DNA from: Callorhinchus milii
Taxonomy: Eukaryota
Direction: 5' to 3'
Length of the DNA stretch: 64,000 nucleotides
Assembly (NCBI RefSeq): GCF_018977255.1
Contig: NW_024704743.1
Coordinates: 100,318,001 to 100,382,000 of the forward strand
A model generated the notes under the pieces. It was given only the letters and a program-made list of their open reading frames with translations, did no database searches and was not told where the DNA came from. Numbering within the stretch: position 1 is the stretch's first letter; each line of letters begins with the position of its first letter. Of the stretch, positions 46,571 through 59,279 are shown one piece after another. The position numbers and the translations under genes are program-made.

Positions 46571-49500
46571 ATCACTTCTAATACCTCGTCCAAATGGCAA
46601 TTCTTTGTTTATCCTCTGTTTACAAAATTACCCCAAATACTCCAGCCTCTTAATGTAGCCCCAAGATCAGGCCAAAAATATAAAAAACACAAGCCCATTA
46701 TCACACCCCTCAAGCAGCCAAAGTCAGAACCATCTCAATCCAATCTCATTGGTGCTTTGACCATCAATTCCAGGGAAAATTGGTTATTCACTTCATGGCT
46801 GTTTGCGGGCCGTTTGTGTAACTGGACATTAGACGCCTTATCCATCTGCAAACCACATAGTCACTATACTTTACACTAAATTAGGTGAAGCCCTTTGAGA
46901 CTTCTCACCGACAAAATAAGACACTGTATCGAATGCAAGGATTATTATTATTATATATTGTGCCAGATCGACATCCATAACCAAGCATATTCAAAACTGC
47001 ACTTGTTCTTTGCCAAAAAGTCATTTGTTATTGATAATTAATAACTGATAAATACTTCCTTTGATACCCAAACATGTTTTGTGTGTGGGTGGGTGGAGTC
47101 ACAGAAAACCATCATGGACATAAAAAAAACTCTGATCTTCCGATCTAATTTAAACCAACTTTCCTTGCTCCCACGCCGTTTCATATCGTTCTTTTTCAAG
47201 CAACTATCTAATTCCCTTTTTAAAGTAACTTATGGAGTGCATCAACAATGGAACTACATTAGGGTCTGATTATGTAAGAGACACTAATGAAAACATTGGT
47301 TTAAAATGCAGTTTTAGCTCTCACTGTGGGCTTGAAACTGACAGAATTGTAACTGATGTTGGTGATTGAAGAGGAATATTCTTTCAGAGTGTCTGTGTAT
47401 TCAGAAATCCTCTTTATTTTCATAGCGTTCAGCTTTAAACTATTTTTAATTGTTTGTAAAAATGGTTTTGTCAATGGCAAAAATGACTAGTGGCAAATAT
47501 CACAGGATAATAGCTTTGTATGGAAATGTAGCCTGAGTGATGTGCATAATTTAAGGACTGTCTATATTCATATGTCTGGAGGCAACCATCTGAATTTTAA
47601 ACAATGTTAGTTTCTATTTGCTACATCAATATATTTTAAGTAGGAAGCTACTGACTCATGTTTGGGTTATGGTTCCTAGGATACATTCTACCCTCTATCA
47701 TATATCCCAACCGCCAGGTGCTGACTGTCCAGCACCTTGGGACGTCCTCCTGACGTGAAAGGCGCTATACAAATGTAAATTGGTGTTGTTGTTTCTCCTT
47801 CAGGATGTTGAACCCAATCCTAGTACCTTCACTTGTAAGTTACCTGGCTGAGATCTGCTATTTCAGTACAGATTGTTCAGTAGTGTGTGAGGCTCAGGTG
47901 CCATAGTCCCCTACTGATCTATTTTAGAATTTAAATGTCTGTTTTGTGATGTATGCCTGAAGACTTTTCTCTTCGGCTGTGCTTACGGGCACCTTCCCCC
48001 CTCCCCCGGCTCCGATTCAGGCTCCGCCACTGTTAAGCGCTCTGAGATGCTACCCTGGGTGAAGAGTGTTATATACGTTTAAGTTGTTGCTGTATATTAA
48101 AGCCTATCTCAAATGTGTGGAGAAAAAATAATGAAAGCAAAATTCATAATCCCTATGACATGATAATGACAAATTAGATTGAAATGAACCTGTAAATATA
48201 GCGAGGTATGAACTGAGCCCCTTTGCTGTCTTCTTTTTTGTTAAATCACAATAATTGCTCCATGTCACAGCAGCTTTCATGTGACATCTACAGCCAATTC
48301 CTGTGTTTAAAGAGGAAGTGCACACTCCCAAATGGGCCCATTGAATTAAATGTTAAAGTGGAAGTGCATGCTACTGAGTTTCCCAATGAACCAAATGTTA
48401 AAGGGGAAGTGCAATTCTTGAGTCAAAATTGTGGAAACCGATCCTGTCTTCATCTGTGGTCCGCACACATGTGCAGGATCAAGAGTAGGACTGACTTTTT
48501 TCCTCTATAGACCAAGAGCAACAATAAAAACTTGCATTTATATAGCACCATTCACACAGGGATGCGTTTCAGAGCGCTTGAGCAACGCAAGAGCAACGGG
48601 CAATTGTAGAACTACAACTGTTGCCATCAACTAACATACTGAGAAATTTAATCTGGAACTGGTTTATATGGCTTTGTTGTGTTTGCAAGGTGATTGGAAA
48701 TATAACTTTATTTTCAATTGGGGACTCACAGGTTCTGCCTTTAAAAAAATGAAATCTCATTGATCAGTTACAAAACACCCAGCAATTTGTGTTGCAGAAT
48801 CAATCATTAAAAATATTCTGGTATCTAGGCTTGTTTACAGTTTTGTTTTTAATGGGTGGTGAAAGTCAATTGAAATTATGGTATTTAAAAAGTCAATATA
48901 ATCATCAGAAGTCCAATTAATTCAAGCTTTTGGTAAATTAAGCATTTGAATGCTCTACAAACTGTTATTTTGTCTAATTAACTTTAAATTTGTTCTGATA
49001 AGTATTTATTCAGTGATATTAGAATCAATGTATTGTTATATTTTTATAGCTTGTAAAGATGGATTTACTGATTTCAGTATTCAAATTAAACTCAATAAAA
49101 ACAATGCTCACTTCACTCCATCTCATTTGTTCCCTCTCCCCTTTAAAACCCATTTTAAAAAAATATCTCTTTGATTGCACCTTTGGCCACCTCTCTTCCT
49201 ATCCCTCCACCCTATCTCTCTCACAGTTTGGGTTCCCACTACATCGTTGTGAAGCCCTTTGAGATGTTGTCCTAAGTGAAAGTTGCTATATAAGTGCAAA
49301 TTCTTGTTGTCAAAATAGCACATAGTAGTTTAATTAAAGATTGCAAAGTTGATTATTCTTGGTTCTTGCGATTTAATGCTTTGAATGACAATATAATAAT
49401 TACTTTAATATTTATTTGAAAGTACTAAACTAAAATCTGAAATGCTTCTCCAGGGTCGATTGTACCCACAAGGTACACATTCACTCCGCTTTACAGTAAA

Positions 49501-50297
49501 GCCTGTGAAGTACATCAATATGTCCTCCCGACATACGGATTATCATTATTAATAATAACTAATAACATAAAAACATGGCTGCAATTTGGAATGCAAAATA
49601 ACTGTAGGAGAAACCATTCTAGAGACTTTGGGAGTGGATGTGTATAGTGACAAACTTCTTGTTAAGGTCACATTCAATTAGTACTTTCTGTCTAGTTAAT
49701 AAGGTATAAGGTAAACCACATTATTTCACCCTCCCATGTTTGCACCCACGATGGAGTGTAAGCAAAATGTCTTATGAGTTACCTAAATATGTTGACTTAT
49801 GTAAAAGTTTGAAGGAAAGATAGATTTTCTTTAAAAATAGCTTTCTGACTCAAGCAAACTGTCACTAAAATTGTTGTAGGTGATGACTTGACAAATTATA
49901 ATGTATTAGCTAAGCAGACTTTTTTTGGCAGTCTGCATTTCGTTTAGAAGGCTGGTTGTCAGCTGTTAGTTCGTAGGCTGGAGAAACATTGTATCACAAT
50001 TGCCATTAAGTCTTGTGGCACGTAATGCCGTGCTACATGTAAATTTATATTTTCCTTCGTTCTGTGCCTATTAACGTGTAGGATGCCCTACTGGAAAATG
50101 GACTAACCCTTTTCTAAGTGAAAAATGGGGTCAGTCAATGCCTTAATTTAGCGATGAGACTTCCCAACTCCATCCAATGAATGGGATGGGAGCCAGCCCA
50201 CTGATCTCAGTATTGACTACCAGCCATTGATCTCAGCTCATAGATGGTGATGCTGTACTATCAACACATGGGATGCAGTATTCGGTTGCCAGCTTTA

Positions 50298-50622
50298 AGT
50301 CCTGTAGTCCTGTAGCTCAGTGGTTAGAGCACTCGCTTTGCAAGCGAGAGACCTGAGTTCAATTCCAGGCAGGGCGAAACCTTGGGCAAGTTTCCTTACT
50401 CCACACGTCTAATAATAATCCCTCCAAAACAAAAAACAATAATAAATTGGTCATTTTCAATCTACGACTGTTTGTGGGACATTGCTGTGCGCAATTGACT
50501 GCCGCGTTCGCCCACAAATATACAGTCAATTCACTTTAGAGTATATTCTGTGAAGCGCGTTGAGACGTCTAGAAGATGTGAAAAGCGCTATATCAAATGC
50601 AAGGATTATTATTATTATTATT
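50298..50622 (+). mobile_element. Full-length young tRNA(Ala-TGC)-derived SINE
   Basis: AGTCCTGTAGCTCAGTGGTTAGAGCACTCGCTTTGCAAGCGAGAGACCTGAGTTCAATTCC head, with stem CTCGC/GCGAG closing loop TTTGCAA. Same body as the 33281 copy and an (ATT)n tail. Confidence 0.9.
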
Positions 50623-52439
50623 AACCATTGTGATGGAGATGGGGTTGTACACTCGAACCAGTCAATATATTAACTGGCTGGAATATTTTCAACAAAGTGT
50701 TAACTAACTCATCTGCAATTTGCTTTCCTTTTTTATAACAAGTGTGGAAAATAAACATTTCCAGGTGAGTTCCACGGGGGCTGGGAACGCATTCTATTCT
50801 GCTCATGTCAAGTGTCAAAACTTCATCTTCAGAAGCACAGAAGATTGTGAATGTTTCCACTTTTCAGACCAATCATCCTGTGAGAATACTAATGCAGTGT
50901 CAATTAGTGAGCATTTTACACTGTTAGAGCTGTGACCAACAAATTCTGGACTGAACTTTGATTCACAACATTTAGGACTGTTAAGGCAACAGGACAGTGA
51001 CTTTCTCATTAACCTGGCATGGATTCCACCCTGAGTATCATAGATGAAATGATAACCTTTCCAACATACTGCAATGCCAAGTTTCCAAGCCACACTACAC
51101 ATGTTTATTTCAGTATGTTTATTGCAGTATGGTTTTTTTTAATCGAGAGTGAAGACTGTAACTCAACTTCACTCAAGCCGCAAAATGAGCTGAAATCAAT
51201 ACCATGCATCCTTAATTCGATTTAAACAATGCATTTTCTGCACCAATAATTTATTTGATCTATATCCGAACATCAGTGTGTTCTGAGGCAGATAAAATTC
51301 ATAATCAGAGTCATGAGACAGTCCATGAAATCCATCTTTCTTTCCTGAGAGCTAAATGCTCATGTGTTAGTTTTTAATTCCCTTGTCTGTGGAATTAAAC
51401 TAATAATAAAATGCACACCAGCATAAAAAAAGCTTTGTTTAGTGCAGCTTTGGTTATTAAATGTGATCTATCATGCTGTCAAAACATGATAGATCACAGT
51501 AGATGGCAGCTACTGACTGGATAGATGAGACACGGTGCACAGATTAGTTTGGCGAGCAGACTTCAGAACTCCCTGGTGGATGTTCACAGCAGCCTTGATG
51601 TTATTTAAGGGCATGAGAAGAAGCATCACTTGTTGGCTGAAGTTAGATGAGCTATATATTTAGAAATATTTTTCATTGGCTGAACACAGGTGCGTAACTG
51701 CAAATCAGTTAAAGAAAATTGCTTTGTGCTGTTCTGGAAGTGTCTGGTGATAGGTAATATTGGATGGTTTGTTTTCCAAAAGCTAAATTTGTTTCTCTAA
51801 GAATATCAGTAAATATTGAAATATATTCCTATTATTGTATTTGTATTATGTTTCAGAGTTGCTTCAGTCATTTCAGGAGCTATTTAGAAAATTGATATCT
51901 AATTTCTGCTCCATCATAAATTTTAATTGTTCACTGTTTTAAAGGGTTATGATGTTCTTGGTTTTACACATAGAGACATAGGATGTAAAAGTAAAGTAAT
52001 TATGCACAGTTTATACACTGGTCACTGATTAGACATTAACAGGAACACTGAAGTAAAACAGTTTAGACACCTCACTTCAGGAAGAATTTTAAGGCCTTGG
52101 AGGGATGCAAATTGCTTAGAAGGAATAGATTATTTTCTTAATCTATTATAAAGACAATGAATATAAAATATATACCAACCTACAAAATAGATGTTCACAT
52201 ACAAAATACACAATCACCACATTTTACAGTAAAATAATGTAAAGCACTCTGAGTGATTCTCCTGACATAAAAGATGCCACCGTATATCAGATGCAAGGAT
52301 TTTTTGTCTATGATTGAACGAGTTTCTCTGGCTCTGTTTGGTGAATTTTAGAGAGTCCAATGAGAATCACTTCCTGAGAAAAACTTGTGTTTCACACGTC
52401 TTAACCTCCAGCTCCTTTGGTGCCTTATCATCTAATTGT

Positions 52440-52880
52440 GCATCTGCCTGGCTCAGTTGGTAGCACTCTCCCTTCTGGCCCAACATCAAGACTGACACTC
52501 CAACGCAGTGCTGGAGGAGCGCTGCATTATTGGAGGTGCCATTATTTGGATGAGACATTAAACTGAGGTTCCATCTGCCTGTTCAGATAGTTGTTTAAAA
52601 TCCTATGGCACTATTCAAAAAGAGAGGTTGACTGTCCCAGTGTCTTGGTCACCAATCCCCCATAAAAGACTGAAGCACTTTGAAATGTCTCAACGTCATG
52701 ATAAGGCACTGTATCAAATGCAAGGATTATTCTTATTAAAGTTGGGAAATTGCTGTGTGCAAATTGACTGTCACATTTGCCTACAAATAGAGTCACTACA
52801 CTTTACCGTAAAATCCTATGAAGTACATTGAGATATTTCGATAACATGCTGAGACGCTAAACCAAAAGGAAGGATTATTG
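52440..52880 (+). mobile_element. Old Deu-type SINE with a nested second tail
   Basis: gcctggctcagttggtagcactctc head, ggaggtgcc..ggatgagacattaaactgagg core and two successive tails. Confidence 0.72.
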
Positions 52881-53784
52881 TAACTATTCTGGTAGGCAGG
52901 TTCCACATCTGAACATCTGAAATACCAAAATTAAATGTTATGTGGCCCAGTCCAACTTTGCAAATGACAATCCTGAAAGGATTACGTTTCAGATCTCTGG
53001 TTCAGTGAGTAATATTTTCAATTATTATACATATTACATAGTTAAAGTACTTTTGGAATTGGTTTTAGAATTATTTCAATGCTGTGATTCTGTTACAAAA
53101 ACTTGCACTTATTCATGTGAAAAGCTTTCTTAGACATCCAATACCATAGCACTGAAGAAAACATGACAGAATGTTTCTGTTGGGAAAATTAACTATGACC
53201 TTCAACGTCAATGTGTTACCCTGCACTGCTATAACGGCATCAGCTTTGACAATATAAGTGAGTAAATTACAGTGAGCAAGCAGCAAAACAAGACAAAGAA
53301 AATTGTTAAAAAGAAATTCCAACTCTAAGAGCTAATGCTTGATATATGTTGCTATTTTCAGAAAAGCTGCAGTCAATTTTACAACAGGACAGAGAGCATG
53401 GCACATACATATAATGATGTTGATGAGTGGGATGGTATTAATGCATTTGCTGCTATTTCAAGCAGATGTATCATGTTGAGTGTGGGGAATTGTGCCTGAA
53501 ACTCAAATGAGTAATCATCAAAGTATAATTTAGCATGAATTGAATCCTTAGGACAACATGGGCTCTGTGGGTTATAGAAAAACACACTATCCAGTGATAT
53601 CCAGTGACCACAACACTGTGAAGGAGAAATTACAGATACTTTCAAAATCATGAGTGTCCCATGAAAAGCCATAGAAGATAATTTTCTTTGGTCCTGTTGG
53701 TGTGTAATGTGCATTTCTGTACTCAACCAACAATACTAGGTTAAGAGGTCTGGCTCACAAAAGGATTATTTTCCCATAATACAG

Positions 53785-54145
53785 CAACAACAACAACTTA
53801 CCCTTATATAGCGCCCTCCACCCAGGATGGTGTCTCAGAATGCTTAATAGTGGCAGAGCCCGACTCCGAGCCAGTGGGGTGGGGGGGAGGTGGCCATAAG
53901 CGTGGTCGAAGAGGAAGGTTTTCAGGCTGGACTTGAAAAAGGGGAGAGAGGGGGCAAGGTGGAGGGATTGAGGGAGAGTGTTCCAAAGTTTTGGGGGTTA
54001 GTGGCTGAAAGTGCGACCTCCGATGGTGAGTCGGAGTTTGGAGGGATGAGCAGGAGGCCTGTGCCAGTCGAGCGGAAGTGCCAGGGTGGTGGAATGGTGA
54101 GTGAGGAGGTCGGAGAGACAGGGAGGTGCCAGCGAGTGAAGGGAG
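53785..54145 (-). mobile_element. L2 LINE 3' fragment
   Basis: Purine-rich reverse complement of the L2 3' end (ggtcgaagaggaaggtttt, gagtgttccaaagttttgggg) with a caacaacaac tail. Confidence 0.78.
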
Positions 54146-55446
54146 TGAAATGGCTCATAATCCAAAGATTGTGAGCAATTTTTTCTCCCGCAGTGGAAAT
54201 GTATTTAGGGGTTCTATTGCAAAGAAATGAATTGTTAATGTGTGCTGTAGAGGCCAAGATGCTAAAGGTTTTGTAATATAATACATTGCTCTCTCTGTTT
54301 GATAAGCCTGAGATCTGCATCTCAAAACAGTGTATACTGTAATTAGTTAATCCTTATATTTGATATATCAATCACTCTGGGACGCTACCTGCATTAGGGG
54401 TTGTTGACTGCGAGATAGTTCCTTTCCTTTTTGATTAGTGCCATTGAATCTTTAATGTCCACCTGTATAGGCAGACAGGACCTTAGCTTCATTCTCATCT
54501 TCATTCTCATCCAAGAGCGTGCTTCTGGACTCACACCAGAGACTATTCTTGGGGTATTCGCTGTTCATAATATTTAATGCTGATCTCAATTAAGGTAATT
54601 TAATTCAGGTTAATAACACTAGAAAATGGGCAATTGAATGATGGAATGTGCCATGGAATTGAGATGAAATAAAGCAATATACTATTTAAGGTTGTACAGT
54701 GAAGAGTTTGCAGTTACAGAAAGTGAACAGGTTGAACATTTTGGTGCGCTAGGTGACCAGAAATTGGAAGTAAATTCACTAAAAAATATCAACTTAGAAA
54801 AATAAACCACCTATTCACATTGCGTCAGACATGATGGTAAGTGCTCAGTACACACAAATCATTTGTAATTACAAATCTTTATTAATTTTCTTTTAAAAAA
54901 AGTTTGCACTCCAATTACCTCTCGTTCTGGCCTAAAGGCACTCACTAGTGTTGAGGTACGGTTCCATCTCCACTTGATTGCCATCCTCCACTTTTCCCAA
55001 TTGTTCATTATTTCATATGGGAGAACAGTCAAAGGCTATTCAATCATTGCGTGAATCTCAGCCAAGCCTGATCCCTCACTCAATGTTGACACACACAGAC
55101 TTTACAGTAGGGGTCACTAGATAGTTACAATGATTGGGAACCTTGTCTAATTTTCCCTGTCACTTTCTTGAGTCGAGTTGGCTGCGTGTGGGACCAGCAG
55201 GAGCAAAAAAAAGACATTGATATTCCAAGAATGACTCGAGTTGCTTCTAATTTTTTTCCTGATTATTTCAATCTTTCGTAAATAAATGGAAGTGCATTGC
55301 ACGAGCTGAGAATCAATATCAAGATAATAGCCCACAGCATAAATGAAACACAATAAATTCATTTTTTTTAAACAGTGGATGCTCACCCTCACTGTCTTTT
55401 GAAGACCAGGCCTGGGTCAGACAAAAGTAATGTTTTCCTCATTAAT

Positions 55447-55745
55447 GTAACAACAACAAATTATATTTGTAAAGTGCCTTTCACGTCGGGAGGACGTCAC
55501 AGTCAGGGATTTGAACCTGAGCAGGGGATTGGGATCAGGAGGGGAGGAGGGCAAGGAGGGTAGGAGTAGGAGGGTGGCTGAAGATGTGGTCGAAGAGGAG
55601 GGTCTTAAGACATGTCTTGAAGGAGGCAAGGGAGGAAGCAAGGTGAAGTGACTATGGGCTGGAGTTCCAAAGAGTGGGGGAAGAGAACCTGAAGGTCCAA
55701 CTGCTGATGGTGGGGTGGGCCAGGCGGGGGACTTGGAGTGACTGG
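55447..55745 (-). mobile_element. L2 LINE 3' fragment
   Basis: aacaacaacaaattatatttgtaaagtgcctttcacgtcgggaggacgtc...ggtcgaagaggagggtcttaaga is the reverse complement of the L2 3' end. Confidence 0.8.
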
Positions 55746-56753
55746 GGGATGGGGAGCCAGTGGGGCTTCATGACAAAATTAATGCTTGCAAAGCTTTTTG
55801 AGGAGGAAGACAGACTAAAAGTGCTATTTTATCATGAGGATAGGGATGCCTTTTGATATGATTTATGATGCTGTGTTGTGCACTTTTATATGACCAAAAA
55901 ATGTTGCCTAAAATGGTTTCATGAAAACTGTGCCATGTTAAAGAAGCTTCTTGTTTCAATATAACTGTTGGAAAACCAAGTTTCCCCAGCTTTGGTGTCT
56001 GGTGGGGTTAATGTGCCACCAGTGCATTCTTTGCCAGATAGATGCTGCATTTCTCATTGGAAAAGCATTTCTGTCCAGTGTTATCTCCCTACCTCGTGTC
56101 ATAGCCACATACTGTGTGATGCTGGACAGTGAATATCACAACACTGCAAAGCCATTTGTAGTGGGGTGGGGGTGGAGAACCTCATCCAATGCCAAAACAT
56201 GTGCACTTTATAGTAGAGGAGATTACATAGATCTTTAGAGCGGGAATTACTTTCTCTCCATCTGTAGCCAACTGCCGATGGCCAACAGTAGCTCCATCCC
56301 CCCATCATCTCATTATTTCACATGATGAACTAAAGGGTAGGAATGTCTGTGCTTAACACGCAGTTTTAAAGGTTTTAAGGTTTTAACTGCCGAAGCTCCA
56401 GCAGTACCCTAATACACACTTTGAGTTCCTCACGTCTCGCCTCTTGCTAATTTATGCTTAATACTCTCCCTCCAGGGAGAGAGTGCAACTTTCATTCCAG
56501 ACACAGGGAGGTTTTCATGTATGGGTGGCATACATGGAACTGGTTTGAATACTTTTAAGCATGATGATGGGTTTCCACGTGTGATAGCTACCCTGCTGAC
56601 CAACAATAAAATAAGCATTAATCAGATATTGAATTTGGAAATTGGTTGGTCTGTGTCTCTACCTTTTGAGCCATAAAAGCATCAATCTTATCTGTGTTCA
56701 AGAGGATTTTGAGCAGTAGTGTGCTGTAATGGGATAATGGAATGGGTTCTTAC

Positions 56754-57716
56754 CTGCAGATACTGACATGATCGCTCCTGTTGGCACGTCTGTGATTTCA
56801 TGACTGTTTTATTATCGACATTGACAGAAGATTTCTGGTAAACCTCTCGAGCCCGGCTCACGGTTAGTGTCGATGACCACGAGCTCTTCTTCAGAACTTG
56901 CGCGTCGATGCTCAGTGGGTTTGGGATATTTACACAGGTTGTGCACTTCACATCATTATTGCTCCTGGAAGTTTTCAAGCTGTGCTCACTGATTGTGTTA
57001 TAAGCTTCCATGAAGTATTGTGATGTTGAGCGGTCTGGGCATCGACCCATGGTCATGACATTGGTTGGCCCATGGTAAAGGCACACGTCACCATCTAGAT
57101 TATCATCTGAGCTCCACCAACCTGAAATATTAGACTTGCTCTTCAGTTCTGACTTCCTGTCTTTGCTCTTGCTACGCTTCCCATGCTTCATGCCATGGGG
57201 CTCATCAGGACTCGCTTTATTGCCATTCATGTGCCCTTTGGAAGGGCCCTCGAGTGAATGGGACTTGGTAAAGAGCTTTTGCACTGAATGGACCAAGTGG
57301 CGGATCCTCCCTGGGCTGTCGCTGCGATGTTCCAAGGCAGTCCGTTTATACTGCAATGTGTGGAAGCCATCACGACGGATAGGGATCTGCCTCTCAAACT
57401 GATCCAGGAGGTTAGCAGGGATACGGTTGACTTTAGTGGATGACGGGACAGGGACCAGAGCACATTCATCCTTTAGGTCATGATAGGAGCTATAATGTCT
57501 TCTGGGGAAAGTGCTGCTAGCAATTTGATCATTGAATGGAACCATGCATTCTGACTGAAAGGAGTTCCTCTGGGTATAATAGGGATGATCTCCAGGGTGG
57601 GACTCCACTGGATTGAGTAGGTATGGCTTCCTTTCCTGTTGGTGGGGCAGCATGTCACACGAAGGGTCACAGTTGACTGCATAGTGATGGCCTCGGCTGC
57701 TTGATAAGCCTTTCAT
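56754..57716 (-). CDS. DLGAP1: DLGAP1 (GKAP/SAPAP1) first coding exon, 963 coding nt, N-terminal region
   Basis: Translates MKGLSSSRGHH...SSTFPRRHY...KVNRIPANLLDQFERQ...RSDSPGRIRHLVHSVQKLFTKSHSLEG...SGWWSSDDNLD...KKSSWSSTLTVSRAREVYQK...CQYLQ, recognisable as the DLGAP1 N-terminus. ATG at 57716 has an in-frame TAA upstream in the same exon. Donor CAG|gtaaga after 56754, phase 0. Confidence 0.96.
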
Positions 57717-57789
57717 TGTTGACACTGAGACTCTTCGAAAGTCATTTAACAACAGTAGTTACTGGTTGAGGAAGTATCTTGGGTATTTC
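57717..57789 (-). other. DLGAP1: 5' UTR portion (73 nt) of the DLGAP1 start exon
   Basis: Minus-strand acceptor ttattttactttattatcttctccag|G, with the exon starting at 57789. Upstream non-coding exons are not recognisable in the window. Confidence 0.75.
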
Positions 57790-58452
57790 CTGGAGAAGAT
57801 AATAAAGTAAAATAATTGATTTCGCTGACGTAATAAGGTATTATATAAAATGCAAGGAATATTATTATTATATGCAACAACGAGAAATATCTGATCACCA
57901 TGTGCCTGAGGTCTTCAAACAGCAATTCATAATTTCTAAGTATGACAACAATATCAAACAGTAGAACATCTTTAATAAAAAAAACTACCAGTCATCTGGT
58001 TATTATTTCTTCCCAGCAATTTTCCTTGCTAGAGTTTGGGACTTCTTTTCAATAATTCCACATATCTGTGTAAGAAAAGACTCAGATCCACAATGACCAC
58101 TATCACCAGTAGTGCCTGACAATTTGAAATACAATGAAATTTGGCCCTTAAGTGCAACAGGTTCAGTGTTTACCAAATCATTTTGATTGACACGATAGAT
58201 ATTCGTGGAATGACAAACCTGTATAGTGTCTATTTAGAAAGCTCCAAAGAAAGAATGAATCATTGAAAAAATACCACTCAATATAAGTTGGCTCCTCTGT
58301 TTAATTAATGAGTTCACATCACAACTTCTACTGCACATCTCAATTGACTTCTTGACAACATTTATCAGTTATTGGCTGTGAAATTTCATCACGGCATATC
58401 ATTTTTTGTAGTGTTAATTCAATACACTCAGACTGCACAGCAGACCATCTTG

Positions 58453-58930
58453 TGTGTCAGCCTGGCTCAGGGGTAGCGTTTTCGCCTCTGAGTCAGAAAG
58501 TTGTGGGTTCAAGCACCACATTGGGATTTGAAATCACATAGTCTAAAATGACACTCTAATGCAGAGTTGGGGATATGTTGCATTGTAAAAGATGCAATTC
58601 TTTGGATGAGATGTTTGGATGAGACCTGTTCAGGTGGATGTTAAAGATCCCACGGCATTGTTTGAAAAGAGAAGGGAGTTTCTTCTCACATTATTGCCAA
58701 CAATCCCCCAAATAAAATTGGTTATTCAGGAATTAAGGGATATGGGGATAAGGCAGGGTTATGGTATTAGCTGGAGTTAGATTAAAAAATCAGCCATGAT
58801 TGAATGGCGAGGCAGGCTCGAAGGGCCGAATGGCTCACTCCTGCTCCTACATGTTTTGTTCACTCCATGGCTGTTTGTGGGACATTTCTATCCACAAATT
58901 GGCTGTAGTGTTCGCCCACAAAATATACTT
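58453..58930 (+). mobile_element. Old tRNA-derived Deu-type SINE (SacSINE1-like)
   Basis: tgtcagcctggctcag..gtagc..gcctctgagtcagaaagttgtgggttcaag head, cctgttcaggtggatgttaaagatccc core and ggctgtttgtgggac..aaattggctg. Confidence 0.75.
58727..58852 (+). mobile_element. 3' end of a second CR1-type LINE (shark HER1-like tail) inserted in an older SINE
   Basis: atcagccatgattgaatggcgaggcaggctcgaagggccgaatggctcactcctgctccta, recognised as a chondrichthyan CR1-type tail. The SINE sequence ggttattca..cactccatggctg resumes around it. Confidence 0.7.
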
Positions 58931-59279
58931 GCTAGTATATCCTGTCAACTATATTATGAGTAATTTAGTCACTGAATCTCAGGATAGAGTTAGAGCCTTC
59001 AAATCACTGGCGAATATTTATTATTCCTTATGATACATATTGAATAGGTCGTGACACTTTTATCATTATGTGGTGAATACGTTCAAAAGAGCGGAGGCGA
59101 TGTGACCAAGATGAACAGTACAGAACAGTTAATAATGACAGAATCTGACGAATCATGGGAGTTTTGCGATGACTATTGCGAATATACTTCAGATTTAAAT
59201 TACCAGTAAATTATTCAATACTGTATGTCTAAGTAGGCTTCTTGGATAGCTCTGTGCATAAATGCATCATATTTTGTTA

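Noticed and set aside
50306..50378. tRNA-Ala(TGC)-like sequence (also at about 33535-33607 and 20210-20281)
   Set aside because: It continues directly into a SINE body and tail and has no proper acceptor stem or terminator. It is a SINE head, not a tRNA gene.
51200..51375. Faint resemblance (MNFI.., LMFGYRSNK) to a recalled mammalian GKAP alternative N-terminus
   Set aside because: Requires a frameshift and lacks an in-frame donor.
57136..57682. Overlapping and antisense ORFs within the start exon
   Set aside because: Shadow frames of the DLGAP1 coding sequence with no independent support.
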